Shown one piece after another: positions 11,909 to 26,728 of a DNA stretch of 64,000 bases; positions within the stretch are counted from its first letter, which is position 1; every line of letters begins with the position of its first letter. The stretch spans positions 124,001-188,000 of the forward strand of contig CM082576.2 in NCBI GenBank assembly GCA_040954595.2, written 5' to 3'. This DNA comes from Balanoglossus misakiensis (taxonomy: Eukaryota; Animalia; Hemichordata). The position numbers and the translations under genes are program-made. The notes beneath the pieces are model-generated. The model saw only the letters and a list, made by a program, of their open reading frames with translations, was not told where the DNA came from and made no database searches.

Positions 11909-14900
11909 AATCTTCTATGGAGATAAGTCCAACGTTGATGGATTTGTATGATACATTGGCCAACAGCAATAACCAGTCCATCAGCATCAATGACAATGAA
12001 CAGTCAAGCAATCAGGATGAAGAACACAATCAGTCCACCAATCAGAATGTGAAGATAGATTTACAGCCAGTCAGTGAGGAGAAAAGTGAATCAGGTATTC
12101 AGACTGTGGATGAGCCAGTGACCAATCAGAATGCAGGAAGGGAACATCGGCCAATCAGTGGTATGTCAACCTCATCAGTGTCTTCAATGGACAGTCAATC
12201 ATCAAAGTCTTACAACAAAGATGTGTCCTCACCAGACGAGGATAACAGGAAGATAGAAGAATTAAGTATGGGGAAGGAAGACAGCAACGAGTCTGTGTCA
12301 TTTACTGGCCACGATCAGAATGAACAGGGGGACTCTGCTAGTGTCATGGACAGTAGTGGAAAATCACCATTGGTAATTGAAGGAGAAACGGTGACAAAAA
12401 CTACACTAGCAGAAAATGTCAGTGAAACGGAATGTACTGACAATAAAGAAACTGAAATGAAAGTTGACACGTACAGTGATGTAAAACTTGAAATCATTGA
12501 AGAGCAAATTGTTCCTCCGTCAGATCAATCACTCAGTGCTGTAAATGAAACACTGGACACAGGTGATGACAGTAAAACATTAGCCAATCAGACAGACGAA
12601 AGGGCTGTCAATCGCGGTCACTATGTCAAACATGGCAACCAAGAGAAGGCTGAGAGTGTGCAATCTAAAGTATCAAAGAGTACAGGGAGGAAAACGACAG
12701 ACACTAACAAAGGCAGGAAATCATCTCGAATCAATCCTCCTTTTAAAGTAGATCCAGCAGCTGGAATCAATGGAGCAGCTTCTCCGCCAGTGTCACCACC
12801 ACAAAAAACAAAACTTCACCACAAATCCAGCAAACAGGACAATGTGACATACATCATCAGGGTTGTCACAGAGATTGTGGAGACTGAAAGGAGTTATGTG
12901 AAAGACCTGGATGATATAATTGAGGTTAGTTTACATGTAGTATACAATATGAGATCCAAGTCTAGATGCAAATTGTTCATCACTTGAAAATTCTAATGTA
13001 CTCAAAATATCTGTGTTTGAATTGATATAAATGAACAGATAAATGCCATCACAAAAGGTTATATACTGGTAGTTACATATCACAAAATTGGAAACTTTGG
13101 TGGTCTGGGATATTGATCTCCTTTAATCACTCTGAAATGCATTAAAAAAAATAAAAAATCAACACCACCCACTTCAATATATGCCAATATCACTCTTTCA
13201 GTCACTTTGTTTCATCTCATGCTGACGCTTATTATGTAGGAAAATACATCTTGGTGAAAAATGCGACCTATTCAAATGTACATGTTAACCCTAAGAAAGT
13301 GACATCCAGTGATCCACTCTCAAAGTTAATGTTTATGGCTGTCTCATGTCTGGTTTGTTGGGGGAGGGGGTTTGATGAGAAATGTAGCTTTGAAAAAAAA
13401 TTCGCATTGAGCAAAGTATGGATGACCATAGCAGTGTTTGTTATCACATGAACAATTGTCTGGCCTAAAGAAGTGAAAATGCAATATCCATTTTGAAAAT
13501 AAGACGAGTCTTCTTGAGATATCCCAGACCATACAAATATAGGAAGATTCCTTTGTCTGTGGCACTGTAAAATATATACATGGTTAAGTGTCAGATGATC
13601 GCTGCATGTGCCTTCTTGTGGGTGCTTGAAGTAGGGCCTTCCATCAAGTGGTTGTAAAACTTGTCAAGATACTAAAATGTCAGTCCTGCTTTTAAAAACA
13701 TTTGTGGTCTGGTTAAATGGTTTGCATTACTCAGTTTTCAACCTGATATTGATAAATAGCTGAGAAATGACGCAGCATTTTTCATGTATGATCAAATGGC
13801 CATTGCCGCCAAGGAAGGAAGCGATGTAAACCACAGCCAAAATTAATGACGTCAAAATTGTGTGATAAATCAACAGTGCATAATAGTCTGTTAACAGCTT
13901 TGTCTGGCAGTGGTGTGCTGTTCCAAACCTTGACAAGAGCTTGTTAAATCCTTGACATTTGTGACTTTACAGTTTCAAAGTTTGTTTGACTGCCTGATGT
14001 GCTGACGTCAATAAAAAAAGAGGAGAGGACACTCTGACAGAGGAAACGTGTGATGTCATGAATTATCAGTCACTAACATAGGATGTGTAAATCATCAATT
14101 GAGGACTATAGTCATGCGGCTGTTAAAGTAGGGCAGTTAGCTACAGGTGCTTGACAACAGATCTCACTTCCTGTCTGTTTTTTTAGGGTTACCTGCATGT
14201 CATCCTGGATGAGCCTGAACTGCCCATATCACCACAAGAGTACAGTACCTTATTTGGTAACATTGAAGAAATCTATGAATTCAACAAGTAAGTTACCATG
14301 GTACATGGTAATGTCTTTGTCTCATTTAATTATTAACTCTGTTTGAGCCATTGCCCCTCTGATTATGATATCACCCCCCCCCCCCCCCCCCCCCCAAAAA
14401 AATACCATTGTGTCCCACAGTATCAGTAACTTATTTCAGGAAAAGAAGTCCAAAGTCTGATATGGGATAAAAAATTATCATACTGAGTCTTAAATAAGCA
14501 CAGCTAAGTCAAGTGAATCATATGCTATTTGATTAAGTTTGAAAATGTATAATGTCTTTTGTATCATTAAACCCCTATTTAAAATTTATATCAAAATTTG
14601 TATCAGAATGTAAGGCCACCCCCCAAAAAAACAAAAAACAAACAAACAAACAAACAAACAATAGAATGGACATCTACTCAACAAAAACTGATCTTTATTC
14701 ATGTACATGTATTTTCTGTCTTCATCAATTCACAGAGGTTTGCTAGATGAACTTGAAAGCTGTGATCTTGATCCCATCCGAATTGCAGAATGTTTTGTTG
14801 ATAAGGTAGGACATCAGTTATCTTCTCATGGCATGAATTTACAGAACAATTAATATAAATGAAGTCAGGTCTCTTTTTCACCTTAGTAGCTCTTGAAAAA

Positions 14901-17900
14901 AATGTCTGCACAATTATCTAATATGTTTTAATTTTAGAAGTTATTTAAAATGTCTACTAAATACTTGAATCTCCAAAGAAGTTAAATAACAGCAAAGCAC
15001 CGATTTAAGTAAATCATAATACGCATTCTGTTCTCCACAGATGAGATTACAGAGAACTAGAATGTGTTTTTTTTTAGTTCAGAGCTTATTTAATTTACTG
15101 TGTTAAGGGACAAAGGTCTTACTTTTGATCACAGTTTTACTATAAAAATATCACCACATTCCATTATATAAAAAATAGATATTTCTACAACCAAACACTG
15201 AAATAGCAAAAGAAAATGTTTAAATTATCGTGTTAGTCTTGTCTTGCTCAAACGATGAATTTTTGCATGGTACCTCAAGCAAATGAAGCACATGCATACA
15301 CCTTTACAAAGATTAGTAAAGTTTTGCAAAGAAAGTCTGAATGAGCATGAAATGAACATGAAAATTGTAAAGAGTTAAAAAAGCAAGTTATGACCCATTT
15401 CTGATGTAACAGGACGATGGCTTCAAACGCTACACACAGTACTGTACGAACTACCCTGACTCAGTAGCTGTTCTCACGGAGCTGTCTGAGATCAGTGGTG
15501 TCATGAAGTTCTTCAAAAGCAGGCAATCAGCCTTGAAACACCCACTGCCACTGGGGTCCTATTTACTTAAACCTGTGCAGCGAATACTGAAATACAGACT
15601 TCTATTCCAGGTATGTATGAAAATAGTGGGTACGATATAAGTGACAGGTGACAATATTTAACTTATTTTAAAATTGTGGGAATTTTCGACTGTACTAGTA
15701 TTTCTTTTATTTTTTGGCCATTTTGTCATAAATAAGTATTTTCTTGATATACTATCAGGCAATATTTAATAGACAGGATTAAAAGCATATCTGAGATTAT
15801 TTAAAGATTAAATTTTTTTATTGAGTTGTAGCTCATGGGGCTTTAACACCTTTCACTTTATTAGAAATAGTTTGGTATAACATTATTTCCCATGGTATCA
15901 AGTTGGGATCAATATTATCAGATACAGTAAAGGCTTGCTAACTGAAATCTGTGTAATTGTTCATTCTTGTAGTGGGTGGAACTATTTAAATGCCTTGCTG
16001 AAACCTTTGGTTTTCAGATTGTAAAATCACTCTTTTTGATTCTTAGTTTGTGGCACAAAAGGTTTGTTAGAAAAGAGAGATCATAGTTTTTATTCCCAGT
16101 ACTGCATAATTTTGAAAATTAGAGAAATCATTTTTACCACTAGACTATATCATAAGAGCAAGTAGGGTATTTTCATTATTTGTTCAATACAACAATATTT
16201 AATTTCATAAACAAAAACAAAAGCATGGAACATTTGTCATTTTTGGGGGTATTTTTAATGCGACAGGAGATTCATCGTCACTTTGACAATAAAGGAGATG
16301 GATTTGACGTGATAAAGGAAGCCCTGGCAACAATGACCAGGATAGCCAGGTACATCAATGAAATGAAGAGAAAACATGAGACTGCTGTCCATGTTCAAGA
16401 GATACAGAGTCAACTCCATGGCTGGGATGTATGTATTAAACATTACTTGAAATTTGCTCAGTCAGACAGTGTTTGTGATTGATATGACTGTGATTTGTAT
16501 GAGTTCTAAAAAGTATTACATGTACATGGTAGTCATGAAATTTTTTCAGAGCTCAGAGACACAACTAGGGTTAATTAGTCACAAACGTATTTGAAAACAA
16601 TTTTATACATGCTTTTATTTTTTTTAATTTTAAAGTCTTATTAGTACTTAGAATGTGATGTACACTCAGTCACATAGATAATTCTACAAATAATACACAG
16701 ACTTGATCTACTTAGATCATGGGATGAACAATATCTTAAAGCATTGTGCAAAAGAGATTTCACAATTAAAAATAGCTTGAAGCAAAACGTACAGCATAGT
16801 TCAGGAGAGGTCAGCTGAAGTTTGGCCTTCAATACAAGGTCTGACTAATGATACAACCCCCACTATGTGAGATAACCTGCTCAAGGTCAAGAAAAACTCC
16901 TGTGTTTCATCCACATGTGAAATTGTTTATTTGTCTGGCTTACAGGGCACCTTGATATCATATGGCGAATTAGTACTGGAGGTATGTTCTGCTTTAAGTG
17001 AATGTCTACCTTGTTAGTGGTTGTCTTTTTGCCTGAAATGGAAAGTAATCAGTTATCTGGAGATCAGAGTAGTATGGATCATATAACACAGTGAGAAATG
17101 ATGTGAAGGATAATGAATGCCAGATGTATGCATTGTCTTCTAAGATATATGGTTGCTTCATGTAAAATGATGAGCATTCCCATATGAGATGAAAAGAAAT
17201 GTGTAAAGCACTGGGCAGAACTGTTCGTGGAATGAGGCATCTTGCTGTGATTTTAAGAAACATTTTGAAGATATCATCAATGTTGCAGTAATTTTCGCAG
17301 GACGCTTGACAAAAAATAAATCGATGTTGACAACCTTTGCTATTTGTGAGTTCATGTAAAAAAAAAAATAAGTGATGCAGAGTGTGATATTAAAACAACA
17401 CATAAACATATTTTTCTTACGGCAAATACAAGCCATCAGAACAAGCACACACAGCTTGCACCATAGAATTTTTATGCATGTTCTTTCTCTGTATTATTCA
17501 ATTTCTTTCCCTGAATTTCTACATGCTTACAATTTGTTGCAGGATGTCTTCCGCATGGTAGGTGCCAGAGCAGATCGATTTTTGTTTCTCTTTTACAAGG
17601 CATTGTTGATCGGCAAGAAAAGAGAAGATGGTCTGATCAGCATCAAAGCAGTCATCATGGTAAGCCAATCATATATTTTGATACACATGAAAAAAATAAA
17701 CAATGCATTCATAAATGCACAAGCAAGATGGGTTTTATTTTCACAAACTGATAGAGGGCACTCGTAGTGATTAATTGCACATGTAGTGAAAAGCGTTATT
17801 GCAACCTGCTAGTATTTTGCAAAATGTAGTGGGACCAGATGGATGATTGAAACCAAATGATTGGCCATTCAGTCAAACACTGATCGAAGTCTGCCGGATG

Positions 17901-20900
17901 TGACCAATGGTAAACAATCATGTTAAAATGGCAGACAAACCCATTCATAATTAGGGCTGATTGGACTACATTCTTTCTGGGTGGCTTTGGGATCAACACT
18001 TTGGTGAAACTGTCAGCTTTATAAGGGGCTGTCATATTGCACTGATCTTGCATTGATATGACCTCAGAAACAACATACTTAAAATAGTTTAAATTATGGT
18101 CAGACAAATAACCCCAAGCCCTCATCAGAGTGACGTGCACTTACCTAATTGCATTAGTAGCTTTGTTCACTGATTACAACATGCTGTTTCAAGGCCTGCC
18201 TTAAAATTTTGTGACAGTGTATGGTCGTAATGCCCTAGGTGTTTATAGTGAGCAAGGGTTAAAACCAGAGTGTGAATTAACTCGGTGGCATGGAGATTGC
18301 ACTCACTGAGTACTACCTGTCACATTCTTCCTGCAAAAACAATGAACAGTCTTTTGTTGGATAAGTTACTGCATGTGGCCCCATTCATTGTTTGATTTTG
18401 AGGTCAGAACAATTTCTTACTCAGCTGGGCGGCAATCTCATCACAGCAGAGATCCAAGAGTTTCTCTATTATGCACTTTGTGCCCATCATTATCACATCA
18501 TCAAAATACAGGTTAATTAAACATTTGTTTCAGTATTACACTATCGAGAAATTTTACTAATTATGTGTCCATTTTCTCATAGTGTGATAACATGATACTG
18601 CAAGAAGTTGTACAGAGGGATACACTTTGGTTTGTGATCATTCCATTCGACAATAACAAACTGCAGTACATTATACAGGTAAGCCAAAGGCATGGGTTCA
18701 CACTTCAATAGATGTACCAATCTCGAATACAAAAATGTTGGATTTGAATGTCACTTGCTGACCTGTAGGTTTTTGCCTACAGGCAAGAGTTCAGCCAATG
18801 TTTTGTGCAACTGAAACTGAAAGGTATGTCATTGGCAGGTTTGTGTTCCGTATCTAGGAATGTCAATGAAATTTACTCTCGAGGGGAAACACAATCTCAT
18901 CCATCAAAAGTTTTGTGATGGAAATCTCTGTTCTGTCCCACACATATAAATTGGCTGTTCTGTAGAGAAGATGGAAAGTTAAACAAAGGTAGCACTGGAC
19001 TAAAGATCTTGGTCATTGGATGATTAATGACCATTGGTATTAGGGTATGATTAGGGTGCAGAACTGAAAACCTTGAGTGGGGTTGACCAGAGGTCAAGTT
19101 AGAACTAGCAGTTATATCCCCTAAGGCATCAAAGCTTGTCTCTTGCAAAATGTGTCACTGTTAACAATTTTACAGTCAAACTTGATTAACCAGTTCCTTG
19201 TAAGAAACTGTGTCAAGGTAGAGGTTGTTTATGTAAGAACAGATGTCCCTGTAAATCCTACATTTTGTTTATATTGTACGTTTTTCCATGTGTTTGTTAA
19301 CCACTACAGAAAATCACATAAACATTTGAGAAACACCATCTTTCCTATCTATCATCCATAGGTGTAACTATTGGTGGTATTTTTGTTGTCCATATCAGTT
19401 GCAGATTCTTGTTCAGCTGTAAAATATATTGAAAATTGTCAACATGGATCATGTAATGTTGTTATTGTTGAAAATTCAGTTTGAAAGATTGAACAATTTT
19501 TGGTACACATAAACAGGCTGTGTTTGTTACTTCCCCTGGAATTTCAAATGTTGCTCTCACCCATACACAGGCCAAGTCAATGGAGCACAAGAGACTGTGG
19601 ACACATCACTTGAAAAGACTTATCATTGAGAACCATCCATTGGCTGTGCCAATGCATGCTAAGCAAGTCATACTTGACCAAGACAAAGACAAATGTAAGT
19701 ACTGTAACTAAAGTGTGATATAGCATCACATAGTTACTCAAGTTCTGTGTATCTGAGATGTCACTTATTTCTGCTAACATCAGATTCTGGACATTTTGCC
19801 CAGAGGGATAGGATGTGTTCATTATCACTAGTCTTATAATTTGTATACACACACTGGTCACCTTGGCACTCTTACTTTACTACTTTTTTTTTGTGAACTG
19901 ATGTTTACTTCTGATGTGCAATGAAGTGGTTAATTTTGTCTTCTGTTCCAGTCTATTGTATGCTGAATTTGCGTTAAAAGTTTTTTTGTATGTTACAAAT
20001 GAAGGAATGCCAAAAATTCTTGAAATGTTTTTGTAGTCATGTGACATCTCAATGTCAAAAGTGTGAGAAAATAAAGTGGTTTCTATCACTTTGGTGTCTT
20101 TGAATAAACATAAGTGACTTGCTCAATATGCCCTTTTCCGCACTGGGATTTTAGAATCCATGAAATGATGTGATATATATTACAGATTATGCCTCTGATG
20201 ACAGTGCTGAACTGTTAGACAGGAGAGATAATGGATGGAATAAAGAAGAACGGAGAAACAAAAGACCACACACAAGGCATAAATCAGATCCATCTACAAG
20301 AAAACTTAGAAGGGGTTCTGTTCAACTCAAAGGTGAGGACTTAGAGAGGAGGGGGGCTTGATAGATGGGAGTGCACAATTCATTCGTCATAAATTTATTT
20401 CTATGTTTATAAATGTTACATTTCATTACTAATAAAGTTTTTAGGATTTTTCTACATCAACCTACATCACATTATATCATATTATATCATGTCTTATTAC
20501 ACCGCACTGCACCACACTATCAACATTGTGAAATGTTAGTGTTGCAAATAATACAACACATCAAGTAACATTCAAGGAAATTCACAAATTACATGTAACT
20601 GTCTTCTTACCTCATTAATAACTATAAACTGTCGTGTGTTTTACTTCTTTCAACACATCATTCCATCTTGTTGCCGCTTTCCTCTCAGTTTCTTAGGGGC
20701 AGGAATGCAAAGATTGTGTGTTTGACATCTGTCACTATTTGTCATCTTAAATATGTATCATACATCATCTTCCTTGTTTCCATGTTTCGTTCAATCAGTA
20801 ACAGGAAACAGAACTATTCTGCATGGTGAGTGCCCACCACTCTTTCTCTCTGCTTACTCATCACTGGCTGTTAAACTTCACTTCTGCTTACCATAAATGT

Positions 20901-23900
20901 TTAATTTTGCCAGCATGTTGTACATCTCTTTTTAATGTCTCATCCCATGCTGTCAGTACATTGCTTTGCTTGTTAGTGCAAATGTTCAAAGCAATAACCA
21001 TATTCTTCAGTGTTTGCCATATTTCCCACACATACATGTACCACACATATGTATGATTCATTTTTGCTGGTACAGGCTGTTATTGTTATTGTTGGATCTT
21101 CCCATTTGGCACAGTGTAAATCATTGTCCTGCTTTGGAGAGAGGTCAATATGATTGACTTAATTAGTATGAACACAAAAAATTAGTTTGTGATCAATGAC
21201 AGTAGAATGCCACCCCATCCTTGATTCAACTACTTGACTGTTTTGTGGTAATGCATGACCTAAAACCAAGGACACAAAGTTCAAGGGTTTATGGCCTGGC
21301 CAGTGTCAACATAAATACATCTACACAGCTCAACAGGAAAAACACAGTCTGTACTCTCTCTGCATACATTTGTTCTAGTACTGTAAATTTTAGTAGCCAT
21401 ATAGACAACTGTTTATGATGTCAGTGAGAAAGAAATACTGTTCATTATTAATGCACACTTTAGTAAGCTATTGTTGTGGCATTTGTTTGTAGTGTCTTGC
21501 CTTAAAATTTCATTGCCTGGTAGTTAGTTAACAAACTAATGCTTAAAGTTTAACCCATTTCTTTTCATGTGCCGCCTGTTTTGTCTCTGTTCATCATATT
21601 TACCATGGAAGTAGCTATCAGTGGTGAGTAGTTGGTAATATGTAAAGATTAATCATTCTGTATATAAGAAATATGATCTTTGAACTTGATACTAAGGATA
21701 AAATAGACAAAATAATCAATCAATTATCAGCATGTATCATTTGTATTGTTTTCCCAACCCCATCTTTTGCATTTATAGTATATAAAATTTCCATATATCA
21801 TTCGCATCCTACAGGCCCCTGTGACCCTTACCTGCAAGTTGATTTACTGTCCTGTGATGTATTGTAACTGTAGTATTGTCAGACACCCTTCATGATTCAT
21901 AAATTTCCATTGTAGAAGTGCTTGTAGAAGTTAATCTCATTTAATCATTGCCATCATCACCCATGAATCACATCATGTCACATCACACATAATACACATG
22001 ACCAAAAATTATGGTATTTTAACTGTCCAGAGATCTCAAAATTCCATTTTACAATTGCCACCAGTCAGTGGCAGGCATGAAATAGAAAACAAATCATAGC
22101 TTCATTTTGTAAATTCTTGACATGCTCACAAAGTCTTCATTAAGCCTGAGGAACCATTCTTTGGTCAAAACAGTTATTTTCAAATGGAATCATGCGAATG
22201 ACCTTAACCATTATAGAGAGTGAAGTGTTAACGCCAGCCCTGAATCAATGTATCATCACGATGAATCAGTATATTGAAATACTGATCTTTTCTCAACTTC
22301 CCTCTAATAAATACTGACGCCAGAGGTTGGTTAGGCCTGTGAACGAACTTGAGTGGCTTTGTTTCTGTTGCTATAGAATTGAAAGTACACTAACTAAATC
22401 CTATAAATGTGTTTAAAAAAATTAAAACCATTCTTATTACCAAATGTGTAATATTCAACTGGACTGTCGATGGTGGCTTTGTAATACAAATTATGCTTTT
22501 ATGTTTACTACTTATAGGTATGAAGAAACCTGAAATAATCAGTCCAAGAAGTGTAAGTAGTTTTTGTACAATGTATGTCTCCTCATTCAAATAAAGTATA
22601 ATTTCGGCAGAGAGTACTATGGTGAATATACATGTATGACTATGAATCAGAAAATCTGTGTGATGGGCTATAAATTTCATAGAACTTAGAAGGTCTTCAA
22701 AGACAACGTGAAACTGAAAGCTACAATGTATAATGCATAATTTACATGCTTCTGCAGCATATTTCTAAAAAAATTGAATGATATGCTCATTTACTGCTAA
22801 AAAATAGAATTTTTGTTTTATTGGTATGGAACTAAATGCACAATTAGTCATTATCGTGTATTTCGAGAAAGGGTTTAACTCCACCAGCATAATGGGTAAA
22901 TCCAAAATCTGAGAACAAATCTGCTGAGTATAATGGCAAAGTTGAATCAAGCAAATTTGTTTATTGCGATGTACAGAGTATGAGAAAATCGCAGCATACA
23001 TCAGGACATAGCAGTACAGAGATGGATACCCAGGACACACAAAGTGAAAGTGAATCACCCCATAAGAAGAAATCTTCACTACAATCACCTTCACAGGTTA
23101 GTCCAAATAGGTGTATTACAGAACCAGCCAAATTTTTGTAGCAAGTCAAGTGGTGTTATGCATGTAATACCAAGTGTTTGTGTGGAAGCATAACCACATG
23201 TACAGAGTACTGGAATTTGGTGTGAAAAAAGTGTTCATCTAGGGGAAAGATATAAAAATTGTGAAAAGGCGGAACACTGCATTCCTGTAGCAGGAAGAAC
23301 TAAAATTGTTGAATGAAATTAGAGATATTTTAAGACTGTTATTCTTTTTAATTCCTTTCAAATGTTAAGCATAGGGTTTCCAACTATGCATTTGTTAGGT
23401 GGACTTAATTATAATTCTGTTGACTCTCTTGTATGATTGATATTCTGTACAGTGATGTGTTTATCAGACATATTTTCCTTTTCAAATGTCAGAAAACAAC
23501 TAAAAAGAGTCGAGAGAGCAAAGTATCCAAGGAAGAAGCTGTGCAAAAATCTGGGAGTCTGACTCGCAGTGACTACGTGAAAAGCAAGAGTCTTGACAGT
23601 CTGGCAACGCCCCATGATAAACCAAGTTCCAAGAACTCTTTGAAACAACTTGGTAAGTCACTGTAGCATAACCCATTCAAACCTTTTGTCGGTCTTCAGG
23701 TCCAAATGTGTTGCTGAATGAATATTTTCTCATACTGTGTACATTGCTGAATTAATATGTGTGTCTGTTCAGTAGATGTGTCAATGTGTGTCAAAATTCT
23801 ATGCACACTTTTTTTTCTTTGGTTGTAGGCGGTGATGACAGCAGCCCAAGAGCTCAGAGACTCGGCAAGAAGTTGGATGACATCAATCCAAGAGACAGCG

Positions 23901-26728
23901 TTGGCTGGAGCAATGAAATTGTTGAAGCTGTGGAAGCTGCCTTTGATAAGATGAAGAAAGACGACAGCACTTTGAACGGTAGTGCTACAGACTTGAACTC
24001 ACAGAAGCCTGACAGTGCAGAATCATCACCTGCCATCAACAGGGAGAATGCTTCATCTGCAGAGGCAGTGGGAATTTTGATAGAGGAAAGCCAAGTGGAC
24101 AGGGACGTTAGGGATCATGTGCATCATGAGGATGAGGAAATAAACTCTGGGAGTGATGACAATATAAAAACTAAGTTAGTTCAGCGGAAGAAGTCATTGC
24201 CGAGAAATGACTTGATTCAGGAAGAGCCTGCCCCCTTGGCTGCTGAAAAAGACATTCAAAATGCCAATGTGAAAGGGGATGCACCTATCAGAGAGATACA
24301 GAGCAGTGTTTCTGAGGGAGAGCTGGCAAAGCAGGTAGACGCGTACACTGTTCCCAGGAGAAAACCACCGGGAACACATGTGAAAAGCAATTATCGTAGC
24401 AGTACTTCAGTGTTGGAACAAATCAATTTGAGGAATGCAGTTTTCAAGATCAAGAGAACCGATAAGATGAAGCAGTATTCTTCACAAAATCAATCACTTG
24501 CAAAGGACGCTGAGGATGTTTGGGTCAAGCGAACTGACACTATGTCATCAAGTCAGCCAACGCTGTTGCAAAGTCGTTCAGTGGCATCAATGTACACGCA
24601 CTATTCACAGACTTATTTAGAGAATGCTCACTTGCCAAAGCTTAGCATTTCTCGTTTGAATTCCAGCCCAGAGGTTCTATCTCCAACTTCTCCACAGTCA
24701 GGTAAAGCATCACCACTGTCACCTTCATCACAGATTTCTCCCAGCAAGGAGACATTGATCGATGCAGACATGCCTCTTCCTGCCCCACCACCAAGCAAAG
24801 AGACTCTAATCGGAATAGATGAAACAGAGACAACTAGGACAACACAAGAAGAACAGAGTAAAGTTCACCATAGCAGTGATGACCTTTCAGCTGCCACAGC
24901 AGGTGTAATGAAAAAGATGGCTGTTGTCAGATCACTGAGTGAAGGTACAGAAAGGTCACTTGGTGACGATGCAGAGTCCCTGCGTAGTGTTAAACTTGAG
25001 TCTATCACATCAACTAACACAGATGACAGCGAAAGCATGGACAGCAAGTCTCTACCACCAGAGGCAGAAGAAATTTTGGACGAATCTGAAAAATACGTGG
25101 TTGAGAATTCAAAACGCACAAAGAAAAGTGTGCCAAGTTTTCCAGCAGCTGGAAGTGGTCAGACTGAAGCCAAGACTGAATCTGCATCATCAAATGAAAG
25201 TGTGACTGACAACATAAAGAACATGCTGCACAACCTGGGTTCCCGTCTAACAGCCCACAAGACACCTAGCCCCGGCCCAAGTCCTAGGTCAAGCCAGTGT
25301 TCTGAGCAGACATCCTCATCAGATGAATGCAAGTCAACAAAACAGACACAACCAGGCAGTCCAGACAAGGAGCAAAAGGCTCCCAAGGTGTACCAACTGG
25401 CCAGGGCCTACAGTCAACGGATCAAAAGCAAAGCCTCAAAATCCTTCAGCAAGAAGAGAAGCTCATCAGAAAGTTCTGTGAACATCATTGAAGAATCATA
25501 TGAACACCGTTTAGCTAATCTACTGGGTGGAGAAAATGCCCAAGGTGGTGCAAGCATTGGGGCAAGATACGCAAAGCAGGGCGACACACTCAACAGGAAT
25601 CTGAAGCACTCGTGGTCTGAGACGATAAAACCAATTATCTTTGAGACTGATGAGATGGACATCACTGCAAGAGAAGAATCACCAGTATTTACAAGGTCTG
25701 TAGACACTCACACAGTCATGCTGAGACAAAAAGTCAAGAAGAATGAGGAGGAGGAAGATGAAGATTTTGCAGCAAGGAGGCAGTCAGTCAGGGAGAGCAT
25801 TATGAATTTTGAAGAGATCATGAAGGCTGTGAATTCCCCAACTGTACCTAACTACTCCAGCCATAGCAGAATTCAGGGGCTTTTGATGGACGATAGCAAC
25901 AATGCGTCTGATCGAAAATTCAAAACGATCGAGGAGAGGAGGAGGGAATTGGAAGAGCAGGCAAATAAGCCAGTACCCAGGCAGAGGATACTGTCTGAAT
26001 TTCTGGATGTCAGTGATGGGTCCTCAGTTAGCAGTGCTGAAAGTGACTGGACCAGTAGATACAGCAGTGCGCCAACATCACCACAGCACAGGGCAGTGGA
26101 AGGTTTGTCACTTTCTACCAGGACCAGCAGTTCCGAGGAGGGAGAGCTGATGCCCATCATCATGAAATCCATCAAACAGCGTTTCCAGGAGTTGCAAGAA
26201 TCCATTTCAAAGCCAGTTGCAAAAACAGATGCAAAACTGGAGATCAGAGCTCATCACCAAGTTGCTGAAGGGGCGGGTTCTGATGATGACAGCCAGGAAG
26301 ATCTGCCAGATTCTCGACAGTCAACATTGAAATCAGAGTCTGTCCTACCTGTCGGACAGACTGATACAATAAAGGAAGCAATGAGGTTGCCATCTTCAGG
26401 AGAGGTACGTGATGATGATGATGATAAATACCAACTTGGTGGAGAAAGCGACAGTGATTCTGGAAACACATCAGACTCAGAGTATGAGACACCTATCGGA
26501 TCATTGGAAAACATTGCTGACATCTTGAGTACCTTGGATACTCTGGAAGACTTGCCAGCTGACATCTCAGATGAAGACAGCATTGAAGATGAAGCCACGC
26601 TGGAAGCTGAACAGTTTGATGAGACATACAAGTCCACTGCAAGTCTTGAGGCCCAAGAGAATTCCACCCAAAATGAACGGACACTTGACATTGAAACCAA
26701 TGCTGGACAATCTGAAAGCCAAGCTTGA
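11909..26728 (+). CDS. PLEKHG1: Pleckstrin homology domain-containing family G (PLEKHG1/2/3-like) DH-PH Rho guanine nucleotide exchange factor, about 1780 aa
   Basis: Phase-consistent GT-AG exons: 11909-12924, 14187-14287, 14736-14805, 15413-15610, 16267-16428, 16946-16981, 17543-17659, 18583-18678, 19571-19694, 20186-20332, [20799-20825], [21615-21623], 22518-22552, 22977-23096, 23493-23652, 23829-26728 (TGA). DH motifs [37 protein letters not shown] and [17 protein letters not shown]; PH motifs YGELVLE and [17 protein letters not shown] are typical of PLEKHG1/2/3. In-frame ATG at 11917 if upstream exons are non-coding. Probably a co-ortholog of all three vertebrate genes. Confidence 0.92.
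13847..14010. promoter_or_regulatory. Pair of full CRE palindromes (TGACGTCA) in a PLEKHG intron
   Basis: TGACGTCA at 13847-13854 and 14003-14010, in otherwise CpG-depleted sequence. Confidence 0.4.
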
